The notes beneath the pieces were generated by a model. It saw only the letters and a list, made by a program, of their open reading frames with translations. It searched no databases and had not been told where the DNA came from. The translations under genes and the position numbers were made by a program. Shown here piece after piece: positions 11,201-23,623 of a stretch of DNA of 64,000 nt (position 1 is the stretch's first letter; every line of letters starts with the position of its first letter). The DNA is from Rhizaria sp. SCN 62-66. Its lineage: Eukaryota. The stretch is taken from NCBI GenBank assembly GCA_001724265.1, contig MEDY01000010.1, positions 1 to 64,000 of the forward strand, written 5' to 3'.

Positions 11201-13540
11201 CGCACTGCTGCCGGTCGAGAGCCCAGTGGGCGCTGGCAGCGGGCGGCCGAGCAGCAACTCGCGCCGCCTGCGCAGCAGCAGCTCGTCGCTGGCGGCGCTG
11301 GAGCGCGCGCGCGCCGAGACGTGCAGCTGCGCCTCGGTGCGCTGCGGGTGCGGCGCGGCGGGCGGCAGGTGCGCCGACAGCGACGCCAGCAGCGCACTCA
11401 TTGCGGAGGAGGATGTCACCGGCGCGTTGCTGTTGTTGTTGCTGCCAGGGCCGCTGGCCGAAGCCGAGGCCGGCTGCAAGTAGACCGAGGCCGCCGCGGC
11501 GGTGGCCTCGAGGCGGGACTGGAAGAGGAACGAGTCGGCGCGGGACACCGAGGCCACTGCAGTCAGACTAGAGCGCTTGGACTGGGACCCCATGGGGCCC
11601 GCGGCCGCAGACGCTGTCCCGGTAGCAGTGGCCGCAGCCGCAGACGCGGAGTCGGCTTGCGATTGTGCGCCAGCGGGCGGCGACTGCTGCTGCGGTAGCT
11701 GCTGCTGTTGTTGCTGCGAGTTGTTAGGGCGTGCAGAAAAAACGTCACCAGCAATGTCCGCAATAAGTGCGTCATAGCGCGCCTTAAAGCGGTCGAGCTG
11801 CACGCCGTGCGAGACTGCAGTCGGGGCGATGGCGGCCAGCACTTGCTCGATGCTGAGCGCTTGACGCACTGCAGTTCAAAAAGAACGAACCAAAACCACA
11901 GATCCACATCATGAGAAAAGTATACATATAAACAATTTAATCAAATGCAGATAATTCAACACTACCAAGAATAAAGGCAACAAATCCACAGTTTCCCGTT
12001 TTGTACCTTGCGGGAGCGGGACGTCGACGATGAGCGGCGCCTTGACCAGCTCAGCCAGCATGCGCGCGTGCACCGTTTTGACCATTCGGGCCTTCTCCTT
12101 AAGCACTAACGCCTGCTCCTGCACTGCGGCGCGCGCGGCCTGCCGCTGCTCAGCGCTCTCGAGTTTCTTCTGCAGGTTCTCTCGCGCGGCCTCGCGGGAT
12201 AGCTCGACGTGGTAGGCCGCCTCGCGCGCGCGCTGCATCTTGGCCTCGTTCTCGGCCTGCCTGCGCGCGCGGTCCTCGGCCTCCAGCAGCTGCACGGCGC
12301 GCAGCTGCTCCGCTGCGCGAGCCTCGGCCGCGGCGCGCGCCGCGGCCTTCTCAGAGATGCGCTGCTCCGTCGCGCGCACGCTCTCCTTGTACTGCGACGA
12401 ATGCGCGACCACGCGCGCGCCCTCGCTTGCCGCCGCCGCCGACGCCTTCGCCAGGCTCTCCTGCCGGCGCGCTTCCGCCGCAGCTAGCCGGGCCCTGGCC
12501 GCCTCGGCCGCGGCGGCCGTGGCGAGCGCCTCTTTTGCCTGCTTCTCGCGCTGCGCTTTCGCGATGGCCTCGGCGGCGGCGTCGGCGCGTTCACGACGCA
12601 GCTCGGCGTCACGCTCGTTGCGCTCCGCTGCCACCGCGGCCGCCGCGGCTGTGCGCCGTTCAGTCTCGCTCTTGATGTGTTGGGACCGCGCCGCGCGCGC
12701 GTTGTCGAGCTCCGCGCAGCGGCGCTGCACGGCGTCGAGGCTGCTCTGTAGCGACTGCGCGCGCGCGGCGCGGTCCTCGTCGCCGGCCGCGCGCTTCGCG
12801 GCCAGCGCGGCGGCCGCGGCGGCGTCCTTGTCGCGGACGCGGCGCGCGCGCGCTTCCGGGGAGGTGACGGTGCCCGTCTGGCGCGCGATGAACGCAGCGA
12901 GCGCGGCCGAGCGCGGGGATACGCGGTGGGGGTTGTCTTCGCTGTCGCTTTCCCATTCCATCGTGTGCGCGTCCGGGTCCGCGGCGGCGCCGGGGCCCTT
13001 GCCGCCGGCGGTGCTGTTGTTGGGGCGCGTTGCGAGGCGCGGGAGCGAGGCGGGCGCTGCCGCGGTGGACGACGCCGTCGATGCCCCACTGCCAGAGCCA
13101 GCGGTTGCGGCAGCTGTCGATGCTAACGGCGTGCCAGTGCGCGCCGTGCCGCTGCCCGCGCCGGACGCGTTGCTGGGCTTGCTGCCATGCAGTGCGGTGT
13201 GGTCAATGGCGGCCTGCACGCGAAGCTTCTCGTCCTTCTTGGTCGCAATGGCCGCGATCAGGCGGTTGCATAGCTCATGCTCGTGGCGGTCAATTCCGCT
13301 CAGCAACTCATTGCGCTCGCGCTCCACTGCGGCTGCAATGTCAAAGCGGGTGCTGGACGATCGGGACAAGCTCCCCGGTTGCGATTGTGGACCTGTTGCG
13401 GCTGTGGAGGCTCTTGAAGGCCCGGCGCCGGCTGCGGTGGTAACTGTCGGCCGCGTATGCCGCCGGGAGGAGCCGGGGACCGGGGGCAGCACGGGGGCGA
13501 CCGGCTGGGGCGGGGGCGGGGACGCCGCGCTAATAAGCAT
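8264..13540 (-). CDS. ~1,656-aa unknown protein: N-terminal coiled coil, low-complexity middle, C-terminal polybasic + CaaX-like end (KKKKKDKGCMQQ); in-frame TAG at 10774-10772
   Basis: Model complement(join(13540..12007, 11868..9205, 9036..8264)) = 4971 nt. Both GT-AG introns are phase 1 and join four listed ORFs in frame. Ends TAA. The start codon is tentative. Confidence 0.7.
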
Positions 13541-14259
13541 AACTGTGAATACGGGGGTGAGGCCCGGAACAATGATCCTCTCTGGTCTATGAAAGGGAGT
13601 GCTGCTCTTGTTTTCGCGCCGCAATGGAAACAAGGGTGTTAAGGGGTAGTCCTCTGGAAGAGAATAACGCAAGTTGAATAAATTTGAGTGAGAAGGTAAC
13701 ATATAATGAGATTCGAATATATCTTAAACACTTGACATATATTGATTAACGATGAAACGGGCTCGATAAGGCGTGTTCAAGCGCAGGCCCTGCGAGCCGT
13801 TTCTGACCTCCTAACAGACCGACCGAACCAAGAGAGAGACAGTCATGAGCCGAAGGAGGCAATGAGTCGACGTGGACACGATCTTTCTGAGAGTGTAAAT
13901 CGTCAGACACTGCCACTACACCGATATCTGAGTGGTTTTACGATGGTAATCAACTTGTAGTTACTGATCATATTATCCAGCGTGTGTGGAACTACGTTTT
14001 CTCTCTCTATTATGTGTCATAACGATTCCCGGCTGCATTCCGATGTCTTCCTTAGGGCCCTTTCTTTAGTCACCTCTACAGCATTAAAATCGGTTTGAAA
14101 TTTGATGAGCATGCTATAGGAGTACATTATCATAATCGTGCTATAAAAAAATCCGTATGGTGTCGTATTTGATCGACTATTTTCACGCCGTTTCTCCCCT
14201 TCCATTTCCTCACCTGATTGCCCGTGTCTCTTTCTACCTCTCTTTGGTTCTTGCAGACA

Positions 14260-16218
14260 ATGAGGTTCACGCGTGTCCTTCTCGCCGCCCTCCTGGCCGC
14301 CGTCTGGGCTTGCACCCTGGCTCCTCTGGCCTCCGCCTCGCTCCCGGGCACCGGCGCGTGTATCGGCTGCACCGTCGTGGTCGGCATGGCGCAGCAGATG
14401 GCGCTTATCCACAAGAAGACGGCCACTGTCGCACTCAAGGACTGGTGCAACGACCTGACCCAGAACAACGCCGTCGAGATCTGCAACACGCTCGGCTCCG
14501 TGCTGGGCCCGCTGCTCGACCTCGACCTTGCCTTGGGCAAGTCCCCCACGCACACGTGCGTCAAGACGGTCAAAATGTGCAAGGACGAGACGGCTAAGTG
14601 CGACCTCTTCCCCACCTGGCCCCCCAAGCGCATCTCCACCTGCGCCTTCGAGAAGGCCACGTCAGCCGAGTCCCTCGCCGCGCTCGACTCCCAGCGCTCC
14701 GACCTGGGCTTTGCGCAGGCTCTCCTGGCGACGGACAACACGCTCACTGACTTCCTGGGCTACTTCGCGGCCCGCTTCGCCGAGCTGCTCCGCTACGCCC
14801 CCAAGGACACCACCGAGACGCGCACGCCCGCCGAGATGATCTCTGCGCTCGCCGACTACGCCGCGCTGTCCTCAGCGCCCGCCGCGCTGCAGGCCGAGGC
14901 CGCTGCGCTCGCGCGCGTCGCCTCCGCGCTCTCGGCCAAGAACAAGAGCTTCGGTGACGCCAATGGCGGCACGCACTTCGCCCTCGTCGACAAGGACGGC
15001 GACCGCAAGTCGACGTTCGCGCAGCTGCGCGGCTTCGACTGGGCCGGCCGCGACTGCAACGACTGGGACAAGGACATCTACCCCGGTCGCAAGGCCCGCG
15101 ACTCCACCAAACCATCGTCAGTAGATCACAACTGCAATGGCATCCAAGGCGCGAACCCGGCGACGAAGCGCTCCTATGAGGAGGAGCTTTGCGCGGGCAC
15201 CCAGCAGTTCGGCCTGATCTCCGTCGGCGACTCTGCTACAGCGCACTTCGCGGCGCCGCCCGCGTGGCTCGACCCCTCCAAGCCGACTGGCACCGCTTAC
15301 GGCAACATCATCAAGGTCATCTCCAACGAGGCTGACTGGCCGCAATGCTCCTCCACCACGGGCTGGGAGTCGCCCGCCGGGTGCCCGGAGATCCACGGCG
15401 GCGTGAACCAGACGTCCTTCTACCAGAAGCTGCGCCAGGCGAACCGCTGCTCGCACCGTGACTACCACAACGTCGGCGTTAACGGCGGCTCCTCGCGTAA
15501 CATGGGCCCCAACGGCGGCATCATCGACTCGCTCGTGCGCGACCAGGCCAACGACCACCCGGTGATCCTCAACTACGCGCTTATCGGCAACGACGTGTGC
15601 GGTAGCAACCCCAGCCGCATGACCTCGGTCGAGGACTTCGAGAAGAACACGATCGAGGTGCTCGACTACATGGACACCAAGCTGCCCGCAGGCTCCCAGG
15701 TCCTCCTGGGCGGGCTCGTTGACGGCCGCGTGCTCTACGACACCATGGCCGAGCTCATGCACCCGGCCGGCATGAAGTACAAGGAGTTTTACTCGTTCCT
15801 CAACTGCCTCGAGACGTCCCCGTGCGCCGGTTGGATGAACACGGACAAGGCGATCCGCGACGCCACCACCACGCGCGCGCGCGAGCTGTCCAACGTGTAC
15901 AGCACCATCATCGCCAAGAAGAGCTACCGCAACTTCAACATGACGTACATCCCGACGATGGAGCTGTTCCAGGAGGTCGTCGACGCGTGGACCGCGCAGG
16001 GCCGCCCCGCGCAGCAGCTCATCGAGGGGCTCGATGGCTTCCACCCCTCGACCACGTCGCAGTCGCTGCTCGCGGACAAGGTGTGGAACTACGCGCTCTC
16101 ACGCGGGCTCTCGGTGCCCGTCAACCCCAACAACGCCAAGATCGAGGCGCTGTTCGGCAACCAGGGCGGCTACACCAGCGACGTCGCCGACTTCGACGCT
16201 TCTCTCTTCGGCCTCTAA
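14260..16218 (+). CDS. AOAH: Acyloxyacyl hydrolase (signal peptide, saposin B domain, GDSL/SGNH lipase)
   Basis: Signal peptide MRFTRVLLAALLAAVWA; saposin Cys pattern CIGCTVVV...C...C...C..C; RGFDWAGRDCND, GDSATAHF, NRCSHRDYHNVGVNG, ALIGNDVC and DGFHPS motifs. Intronless; ends TAA. Confidence 0.93.
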   Translation: MRFTRVLLAALLAAVWACTLAPLASASLPGTGACIGCTVVVGMAQQMALIHKKTATVALKDWCNDLTQNNAVEICNTLGSVLGPLLDLDLALGKSPTHTCVKTVKMCKDETAKCDLFPTWPPKRISTCAFEKATSAESLAALDSQRSDLGFAQALLATDNTLTDFLGYFAARFAELLRYAPKDTTETRTPAEMISALADYAALSSAPAALQAEAAALARVASALSAKNKSFGDANGGTHFALVDKDGDRKSTFAQLRGFDWAGRDCNDWDKDIYPGRKARDSTKPSSVDHNCNGIQGANPATKRSYEEELCAGTQQFGLISVGDSATAHFAAPPAWLDPSKPTGTAYGNIIKVISNEADWPQCSSTTGWESPAGCPEIHGGVNQTSFYQKLRQANRCSHRDYHNVGVNGGSSRNMGPNGGIIDSLVRDQANDHPVILNYALIGNDVCGSNPSRMTSVEDFEKNTIEVLDYMDTKLPAGSQVLLGGLVDGRVLYDTMAELMHPAGMKYKEFYSFLNCLETSPCAGWMNTDKAIRDATTTRARELSNVYSTIIAKKSYRNFNMTYIPTMELFQEVVDAWTAQGRPAQQLIEGLDGFHPSTTSQSLLADKVWNYALSRGLSVPVNPNNAKIEALFGNQGGYTSDVADFDASLFGL

Positions 16219-16708
16219 ATCAGTGAGCTAGTGAGTGAGTAAGCGTCGCAAAGCATGACAAGATGTGTTGCATTGCATTCGCATCTCTTTGTTTTGTCCT
16301 TTGCGTTCGTTTTGCCTTCGCCTTTCGCTCTTTAACCTTTGAGAGTCGTCAATTGTTGCGTGTTTTAAAAGACTCTAGAGGGCTTCATTTTATATTTGTA
16401 TAGTTGATTTCTGTCGGATTGTTTATGAAACGGACACCTTGCGTGATAGTTACTTTATTACGCCAATAAAGTTCCATTTCTGTTGATATAACTTGTTTTT
16501 TAATTTCGTGACAACATTTGTGGTGAAACCTGATAGAGCCGAGAAGCTGACGAATGCGACATTTCGTACACTTCAGAAATCAAGTACTTTAACGACAATA
16601 GTTAGTATTTTACGCTTGATGAACGTACACTTTGACCGAATATCTCTCATTCTTATTAGACTTTCTGAAAACTTGTTTATCTCTTGCTATCGGTCAGACA
16701 AAGGGAAC

Positions 16709-17695
16709 ATGCACCCTGCTTCACCAGAGGAGCAAGGTGCGGCCCATATCGGCGAAGAAAACCGCGTGATTGGCTATGAGGTTCCTGTCAAGATACACAA
16801 CATTCTCCGCAAAGCTTTCCCGCCTTTGTTTGGCATGGACCGCGGTCACCAGCTTGACGGACACGTCTGTCTGGGTGAACTCGACAAGAAGATCGAGAAC
16901 ACTGTTGGCGGTTCCTTGCTTTATGGTGAGGTTCTGCCTGAGGGCGTGTCCAAGCTCTGCGATTTCGAGCACACACACATCATGAACGCGTTAACCGTGT
17001 TTGACTACGGCATGGGCACAGGCAAGCTCTGCGTGCAGATATTCTTCCAATTCCCGCACCTCGTCCGTGTCGTCGGTGTCGAGATCTCCCCCTCGCGCTA
17101 CGACATCGCCGCCGCCGCGCTGCGCCGCCTCGCGCGCTGCCGCCGCGGGCTCGCTATTATTGCCGACTCGCGGCACTCGTGCGTGCTGATCGACACGCGC
17201 GGGCACCGGCGGCGCGTGCTCGAGTTCCGCTGCTGTGACGTGTTCGATTCACTGCATCCGCAAACGCTCATGGCCCAGGGCGACCCCCACTACAACGAGG
17301 CCGCGGACATCATCTTCATGAACACCGACTTTCCCGCCATGTGCCAGGAAAACCTCGGCAAGCTCTTCCACAGCGTGCGCAACGGCTGCCGAATCGCGAC
17401 CTACAGCGACGTCAAGAAGGAGTACCAACGGCTCGTGAGGGAGCTCAAGGGGAAGCCGCCGAGCGCGACGAGCGAGGGCAGTGGCTCGGTGCTGTGCCGC
17501 GCGACGTTCCCGCTGTGGCAGCACACGGTGAACGTGAGCGCGGAGGAGGACCGGTTCCGGACGACGTGGTCGACGAAGCTCGGACACCACTTCCACACAT
17601 GGACTAAAGGGTCGCTCCAGGCCGGCCACCACACGGTGGCGCGGTCGCCGGCGGACACCCCGGGCTACCGCGCCAACGCTACCGCCGCTACTGCC

Positions 17696-17732
<37 letters not shown>

Positions 17733-17938
17733 CGTCCGCAGCTGCAGCGGGGGTGACTGCAGGCAAGAAGAAGGCTGCGAGCGGCGGCCACCATAACAAG
17801 GAGGAAATGATGTGGTTTTGGGCTGCGGACCCGACGTACAACGCGTGCGGCGGGCACAAGGGCAGCGCTATGCTGGGGACAACGAAGGGCGGGGCTAGCG
17901 TGCTACCAGCGGGCGCATCGGTCGCGTTTGTGGCCTGA
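16709..17938 (+). CDS. DOT1-like class I SAM-dependent methyltransferase
   Basis: LLYGEVLPEG, motif I FDYGMGTGKL, VVGVEISPSRY and ADIIFMN. ATG chosen at the AT-to-GC transition. Ends TGA. Confidence 0.7.
17699..17728 (+). repeat. (GCT)n microsatellite encoding poly-Ala
   Basis: About 10 tandem GCT units inside the methyltransferase CDS. Confidence 0.85.
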
Positions 17939-18436
17939 GGTAGCTGCATCAGATTCGCATCGTATCTGTTGCAGTCGAACTCTATATTTATAACATACTG
18001 AATATCCTTCCAGTGGGCCCAATTTTAAATATATCCCACCTAATTTGTTATATAGTCAAATACACTTTCTTATGTTAGTTGGATGTTGATCTGCGCCCTA
18101 CAGCACTTGCTTTGTGTTGCTAAGCCTCATTTTCACTGTCTAGTGCGGAGAGTCGACCGGCGAGTCTCTAGTCCCGCGAAGGGGTGTTTTGGGAGCCGAC
18201 TACAAAGTTCAAATAGGAGATGTTTCAATCGTCGATTCAGAAAGCGGGCGCATGTATAGATTTATAGACAGTATTGTTAAACCGTGTTCAAACATATACT
18301 CCTAAGTATTCGCTGTGGTCCTGTACCAACCATGTTTTCCTCACACTGCTTCCTCTCTGCCTTTGCTCTTTCCGACGACCACCTCGAGTCTTCTCCCTCA
18401 CACCACACGCATTGTGCGTCTTATTTCGCGCTGCGA

Positions 18437-21400
18437 ATGGACGGTCTTTATCCGCACGAACACCCATACCCCGGCCGCGCCCACGCTCAGCCCATGTTGG
18501 GGCCGCTCACCCCCGCCGGCCCCGCCTCCCTAGGTCCTCACACAATCCCCACTTCCGCGGGCCTGCCCGCCGGTCTAAGCTCGGGCCTGGCCCCTGGGCT
18601 TAGCACCGGGCTTAACGGCGGCCTTGGCAGCGCGCTTCCACTGGCTGGCAGCACCGTCGGCGGCCGCTATCCGCAGACCGGCTCGACCCCCCTCGGCAAC
18701 GGCTCCCACTACGCTCTGTCCGCTTTGCCAGCCACATCTCTCTTCGACGCCCCAGTGCCCGCTTCCACAGGCGCACGCGCACTGGGCATTACCGCTTCGC
18801 CATATACCTTGTCCGCTGCCTCTGCAGCTGCGGCTACCGGAGCCGCCGCAGCTGCTGCTACTCCGCTTTCTAGCCCTGCCGCCACTGACGCAATGTTTAG
18901 CGGTCTCGGCCTCGCAAACAGCGGCGCTGTCGTCGCCGGCGGTCGGGGTTTGATGCATGCCGCACCCACCTCAGTGCCGACGCTGACACCGCCGTCTAAT
19001 TCGGAGCCCAGTGGTTCTCAGGAGAGCGATGTGAAGCACCACCTCTACCACCAGACGTACCGTACCCACCTCAGCCACCCCCGTCACCATGCTCAGCATC
19101 ACAATCTACAGCCGCAGTCTGCCGGCCTGGCTGTGGGCGCTGCACAGGCTCTGCTGCCCGCCGGCATGCCCGCGGCTGCTGCTGCTTCTGCTGTTGCCAA
19201 CTCCGGTCACTCGCAACATTCGCAGGAGAGCATCGGTAGCAGCAAGACTGCGCGCGGTGCCGGCACGAGCTCGATCACCCAAGCTGTGAACAACGGCAGC
19301 AACGAATACGTGAGCTTGTTTGGACAGCACACGACGATGCCTCTTCCTTTAGCAGCGGCAGTCAATAACGATACCGCAGCAAACGACTTCACGTTTCATT
19401 ACGCAAGTAGAGCCAACGCGGCTACGCCTGTTCCCTATAACGCTGCATATGGGAACCACACAATGGACTCGTTTCACGGCAGTTACGTCGGCGGTTTCGA
19501 GATTGGAGTCGACCATGACGACGAGGACGATGACATCATGGGCAGTGCTGTGTATGACATCAACCCCTCCGCCGTCGCCACGCCAGCAACCGCGACTGAT
19601 GCGAGTCTGTACTCTTGCCCGAACGCCGCAACTTTAGGCAGCGGCAATGGCAAGGGTCCAGCTCTTGCTGCAAAGAGCAAAGCTGTGGGCAAGTCGAACG
19701 CGAAGTCCAAGTCATTGTCAAAGAAGAAAGGAGGCAACGCTGCAACTGGCGATGACGACGACTTCGACCCGAACATCGACTACGGCGGTTTCGTCTTCTC
19801 GCCCACCGAGACCTCTGGCGAAGAGTGCTACGAACAGTGCGTGCTGCTCTCGCGCTCGCTGACGACTGAGGCGCTGGACCAGTTCCGCTTCCGCGGCCAC
19901 GCCGACTACTTGGACCCCACATGTCTCGCATACTTACACTCGCTGACCTGTGCAGACCCGCCCGTGCCGCGCACCTTCCTCAACTACCTGCCGCGGCTCT
20001 GCGGCCTCCTCCCCGCGGCCGCGTTTTACCGGCCCGGCATGCACCCCGTCAAAGGCAACCCCGACGCGACGCAGGCGGCGGCCGCGAGCGACCACAGCTA
20101 CGCGCTGCAGTCGCAGTGCGAGGTCTGCGCCTCGGGCGCCGAGGAGTCGCTCATGCTGCTCTGCGACGTCTGCAACCGCGGGTTCCACACGTTCTGCATC
20201 GCGCTGGGTCGCACGCCGCCAGACGGGGACATGTGGGTGTGTCTGCGGTGCGTGTTCGACCAGCGAAGCAGGGACGTGTTGGCCAAGATCTACAACGAAC
20301 AGGTGCAGCTGCGGAAGAAGAAATGTGGCATCTTTTATGCAGCGCAGGGTCACAAGAAGAAAGCAACCAGCCATAGCAACAATATTAACAACAACAGCAA
20401 CACCAACAGTAACATCAGTAGTTTAAGTGCTGGCTACAACTATCATGCTACCACCCATAGTAGTGGTGGTAGCTCTGTGAACGCGAGCACATCAGGCAGC
20501 CCGATTGTTGACAATTCAAACGAGTTTATCACTGCAACTACGAATCCGCAGCAAAGCATGAGCACAAATCAGATTGTTGGTGCTCAGGGCATCAGTAACA
20601 ACCTCGCGACTCCTCAGGCTTCCTCCTCTGTGAATGACGATGTCTCCCGATCTGGCAGCATGAATGTGATCTCGCTGCTGTCCGACTCCGACGACGAAGG
20701 CGAGAGTGCTAGCACACACAGCAATGGGCACGACAATGCTCAAAACATGGTTAAGAACGGCTACGGGAACTGTGATGACTCAAAAACAAGTGTGGCTGAC
20801 ATCGCTTCTTCCGCTGGGGGCGACGGCTATTCGAACGAGTTTTCATTTGCAACCACAAGTCCTCACACCGCAAGCAACACAGGCGGCTACGCCAGTGGTC
20901 ACACCCACGCTGTCGACGCTGTTTCCGGCGACAGGACTGCTACTGCTGCTGCAGCAGTTGCTGGGACGACTGCCGCGGCTACTTTTGTTGGGGACGACGA
21001 TGACGTTGTATTCATTGACGATGATGATGACGATGATATTAAGCATAACGCGTTTACGCGCATCGGTTCTGGCTCTGGCACCCTCAGTCAAGCCACCAGC
21101 AGTCAAAACAGCACCACTATTAAGGCTGCTACGTTTAAGATGAATAGTCGCAAGCGCGTCGCAACATCTTCACCCCTCGTCGACACAGTAGTTATTGGAA
21201 GTTCTCATTCGAATACCACCAATAACAGCAGCCGCAGTCGTTACGCCTCTGCCGAGCCGGTCCCTGCCCTGTAGCAGCTCAACGCTCTTGGTGCCGCTGA
21301 CTCCGACGCCGCCGCTGCGACTGCGGCTGCGGCTTTTGACACGAGCAGCCGCCCCCGCCGCCGCGCCGCCGCGGTCGCCGCAGACTCGATCCGCCTGCAG

Positions 21401-23623
21401 CAGCAGCGCTCGCCGGGCGTTGTGATGGCCAGCACCACGTACCAGGGCGTTAGCACCTGCGGCGTCACCGGCCAAGCGTTGTTCTCCACCCAGACACAGA
21501 CTGCGAGCGCCGTGCCTTTCCTTGTGTCTCAGCAGCACCCCGCTACGGGGCCCGCCTCGCAGCAGCCGAACGCGTCGCAGCAGCTGCACGCGTCGCAGCT
21601 CACCGGCGCCGGCTCGGCCTCGCAATACAGCGACGTAAGCAGTGCGGGCGCTTCGCAGCAGAGCTTCCCGTTGAGCGCCGGCACTGGCGCCGGCCCGGGC
21701 TCATCGCAGTCGTCAGGCGCTGCAGGCACGAGCAACAGCGGCGCCAGCCTCGCCGCCAAGCCGCCCATGCGTTTGCTGGGCTCCGGCAAGTCTGCCGCGA
21801 CTGCTGGAGCGGGGACGGCGCGCGGCGGCCGCAGCGCCCGCGGGACCCGCGGTGGCGGCGGCGCGCGCTCTGGCGCCGGTCGCTCTGGCTCCAGCTCCGG
21901 CGTGGGCGCCGTGTCTTTCGGGAACATGGAGCTCGTGATCGGCGGGCCCGGCTTCAGCGCGTTCCACAGCGTCGAGCAGATGGCCATGGAGAAGGCCGCC
22001 GCAACCGCCGCCGCTGCTGCCGCGAAAGCGAATGGTAGTTTTGACGGCGGCAACATCAGTGGCGACGGCAGTGTGAGCGCGACCGCGTTGGGCTACAGCG
22101 CGAGTAGCAGTAACCACAGCCTTGGTGGCGTCCTCAACATGTCCGAGTCGAGCCAGAGTCCAAGTGCCGCCGGGTCGAGTCTAAGCGCCCCCGCGCTGCC
22201 CACGCCGGTGTGGGGCTACATCCTCAGCGACGCGCCCGTGGCAGGGGACGCGGGGTTCGTGCAGGTCACGGCCACCGTCGCGGTGCCTCCGATGAAGCTT
22301 ACAACTGCAGAGCGCATCAAAGTCGAGAAGGCCGAGAGTGAGGGCTACAGCAAGCCCATTTACCACCGGTTCAAGCCGCCGCAGCCGACCGGTGCGAGCG
22401 GCAGTGGCGGTGCTGGGGACTTGTCCGTGATGTTGCCGTCGTTTGGCTTTATGAACAACTTCTTCGACACTGACGACGTGCCTGGCGCGATGTACTGTGT
22501 GAAACGCTATGAAAAGCAAGCTGCCTTGCAGCAGCCGCAAGAACAGGCCCCGACAAGTGCAAATGCCAGTGTGTCTGCGATTGTTCCGAACAAGTTTACC
22601 ATTAAGGACGGCACCGTGGTCTTCTTCCCGCCCTGGGCCCTGTCTCGCGCCGGGCCGTTTGCGCCGCTGCTGCCTGTCGGCTGGACCGACCGCGAGCTCA
22701 GCAGTGGCACCGGGGTCGGCAACGCCGACAGCCCCGTCTCGCACAACATCGCTTCTAGCTGCAGCTTCGCGACTGCAAACAGTGACAACAGCGGAGCCGG
22801 GGTCACTGCTGATGACGACGAGGACGACTTCGAGATTGAAACTGTGAAAATGACCGTGAACACCGCCAGCGCCCTCGCTTCGCTGCCGCACCCACGGTCA
22901 CTGTGCAAGATGCACCCATTCGTGGCCCCGCGGAACAACACAGCGAGCTCGCAGTCGCTTGCGGCAATGACCTCGTATCTGCAGCAGCAACAACTGCAGC
23001 AATCGGGCTCGTCGCGATCGCACTTGCACTCGAACTCGCACTACAGCTACAACAACAACTACAACAATGCCGCCGCCGCCGCCGCCGCCGCGGCTGCCGC
23101 GGCGAACGTAACTGCAGCCGCGGCCCCGCAGCCGCCGCCGACCGAGGCCGCGGTCGCGCTGGCGCGGTACTGTGACAACTGCCGCTGCGTTATCTGCGAG
23201 AGCCCCCCGCGCGAGTGCCCGGCGTGGACCGACGCGGCCGCGCTGGCGCTGCAGCGCGCGGGGGCGACGTTCGGCGCCCACGCAGGCCACTGCGGCGCCG
23301 CGGCCGGGGACCCAGTGTGGAGCAAGGCCAAGAAGCGCCTCGCGGACGTGCGCGCGCACCTGGCCTCGGACGCGAGCGCGGGGCAGCGGTACATCGTGAC
23401 GGGCGACGGCAGAGACGTCTCGCTCATGCCGCACGCCGACTCCGAGGCCGCGCGGGCCGCCGCGGTCGCCGCTGTAATTGGACTGGGCGCCGCGGTGTAC
23501 GCGTTCGCGCAGCTTCCCGCCAAGGCGATGAACAAGGTCGTGCTGCAGCAGTCCGGCAGCGTGGTGCTGCCGGAGAAGGCGGCGGGGTCGCTCAAGGGGT
23601 GGATTGTCAAGTCAAGCAAGTGA
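18437..23623 (+). CDS. PHD-finger protein with SUMO-interacting-like motifs and a C-terminal RIN13-like Cys/His domain; in-frame TAG at 21272-21274
   Basis: PHD CEVCASGAEESLMLLCDVCNRGFHTFCIALGRTPPDGDMWVCLRC. ORFs 18284..21274 and 21422..23623 are one frame split by TAG. C-terminal LPHPRSLCKMHPF...YCDNCRCVICE...CPAW...HCGA. Ends TGA. Confidence 0.78.

Noticed and set aside
13750-13810. SECIS-like reading of the hairpin (ATGA...AA...TGA)
   Set aside because: The non-canonical quartet is out of register, the site lies upstream of both flanking genes, and no in-frame TGA gene is nearby.
18130-18260. Possible tRNA or suppressor tRNA (GTTCAAAT motif)
   Set aside because: No cloverleaf or proper A/B-box spacing could be built. 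I found no tRNA in any spacer of this window by eye.
3964-21274. Tiny in-frame GT..TAG introns removing the TAGs (18 nt at 3964-3981, 27 nt at 7168-7194, 15 nt at 21260-21274)
   Set aside because: Validated introns here are 98-187 nt and mostly AT-rich. No such donor exists near the TAGs at 10774 or 30779, and GTN codons are common by chance. Only the 27-nt case looks mildly plausible, so this cannot be the general explanation.
1963-23623. Treating the TAG-containing genes as pseudogenes or as pairs of separate genes
   Set aside because: There are no frameshifts or TAA/TGA interruptions, motifs are intact on both sides, and there is no AT-rich spacer of the kind that separates every other gene pair. 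Random decay would not give only TAG-C.
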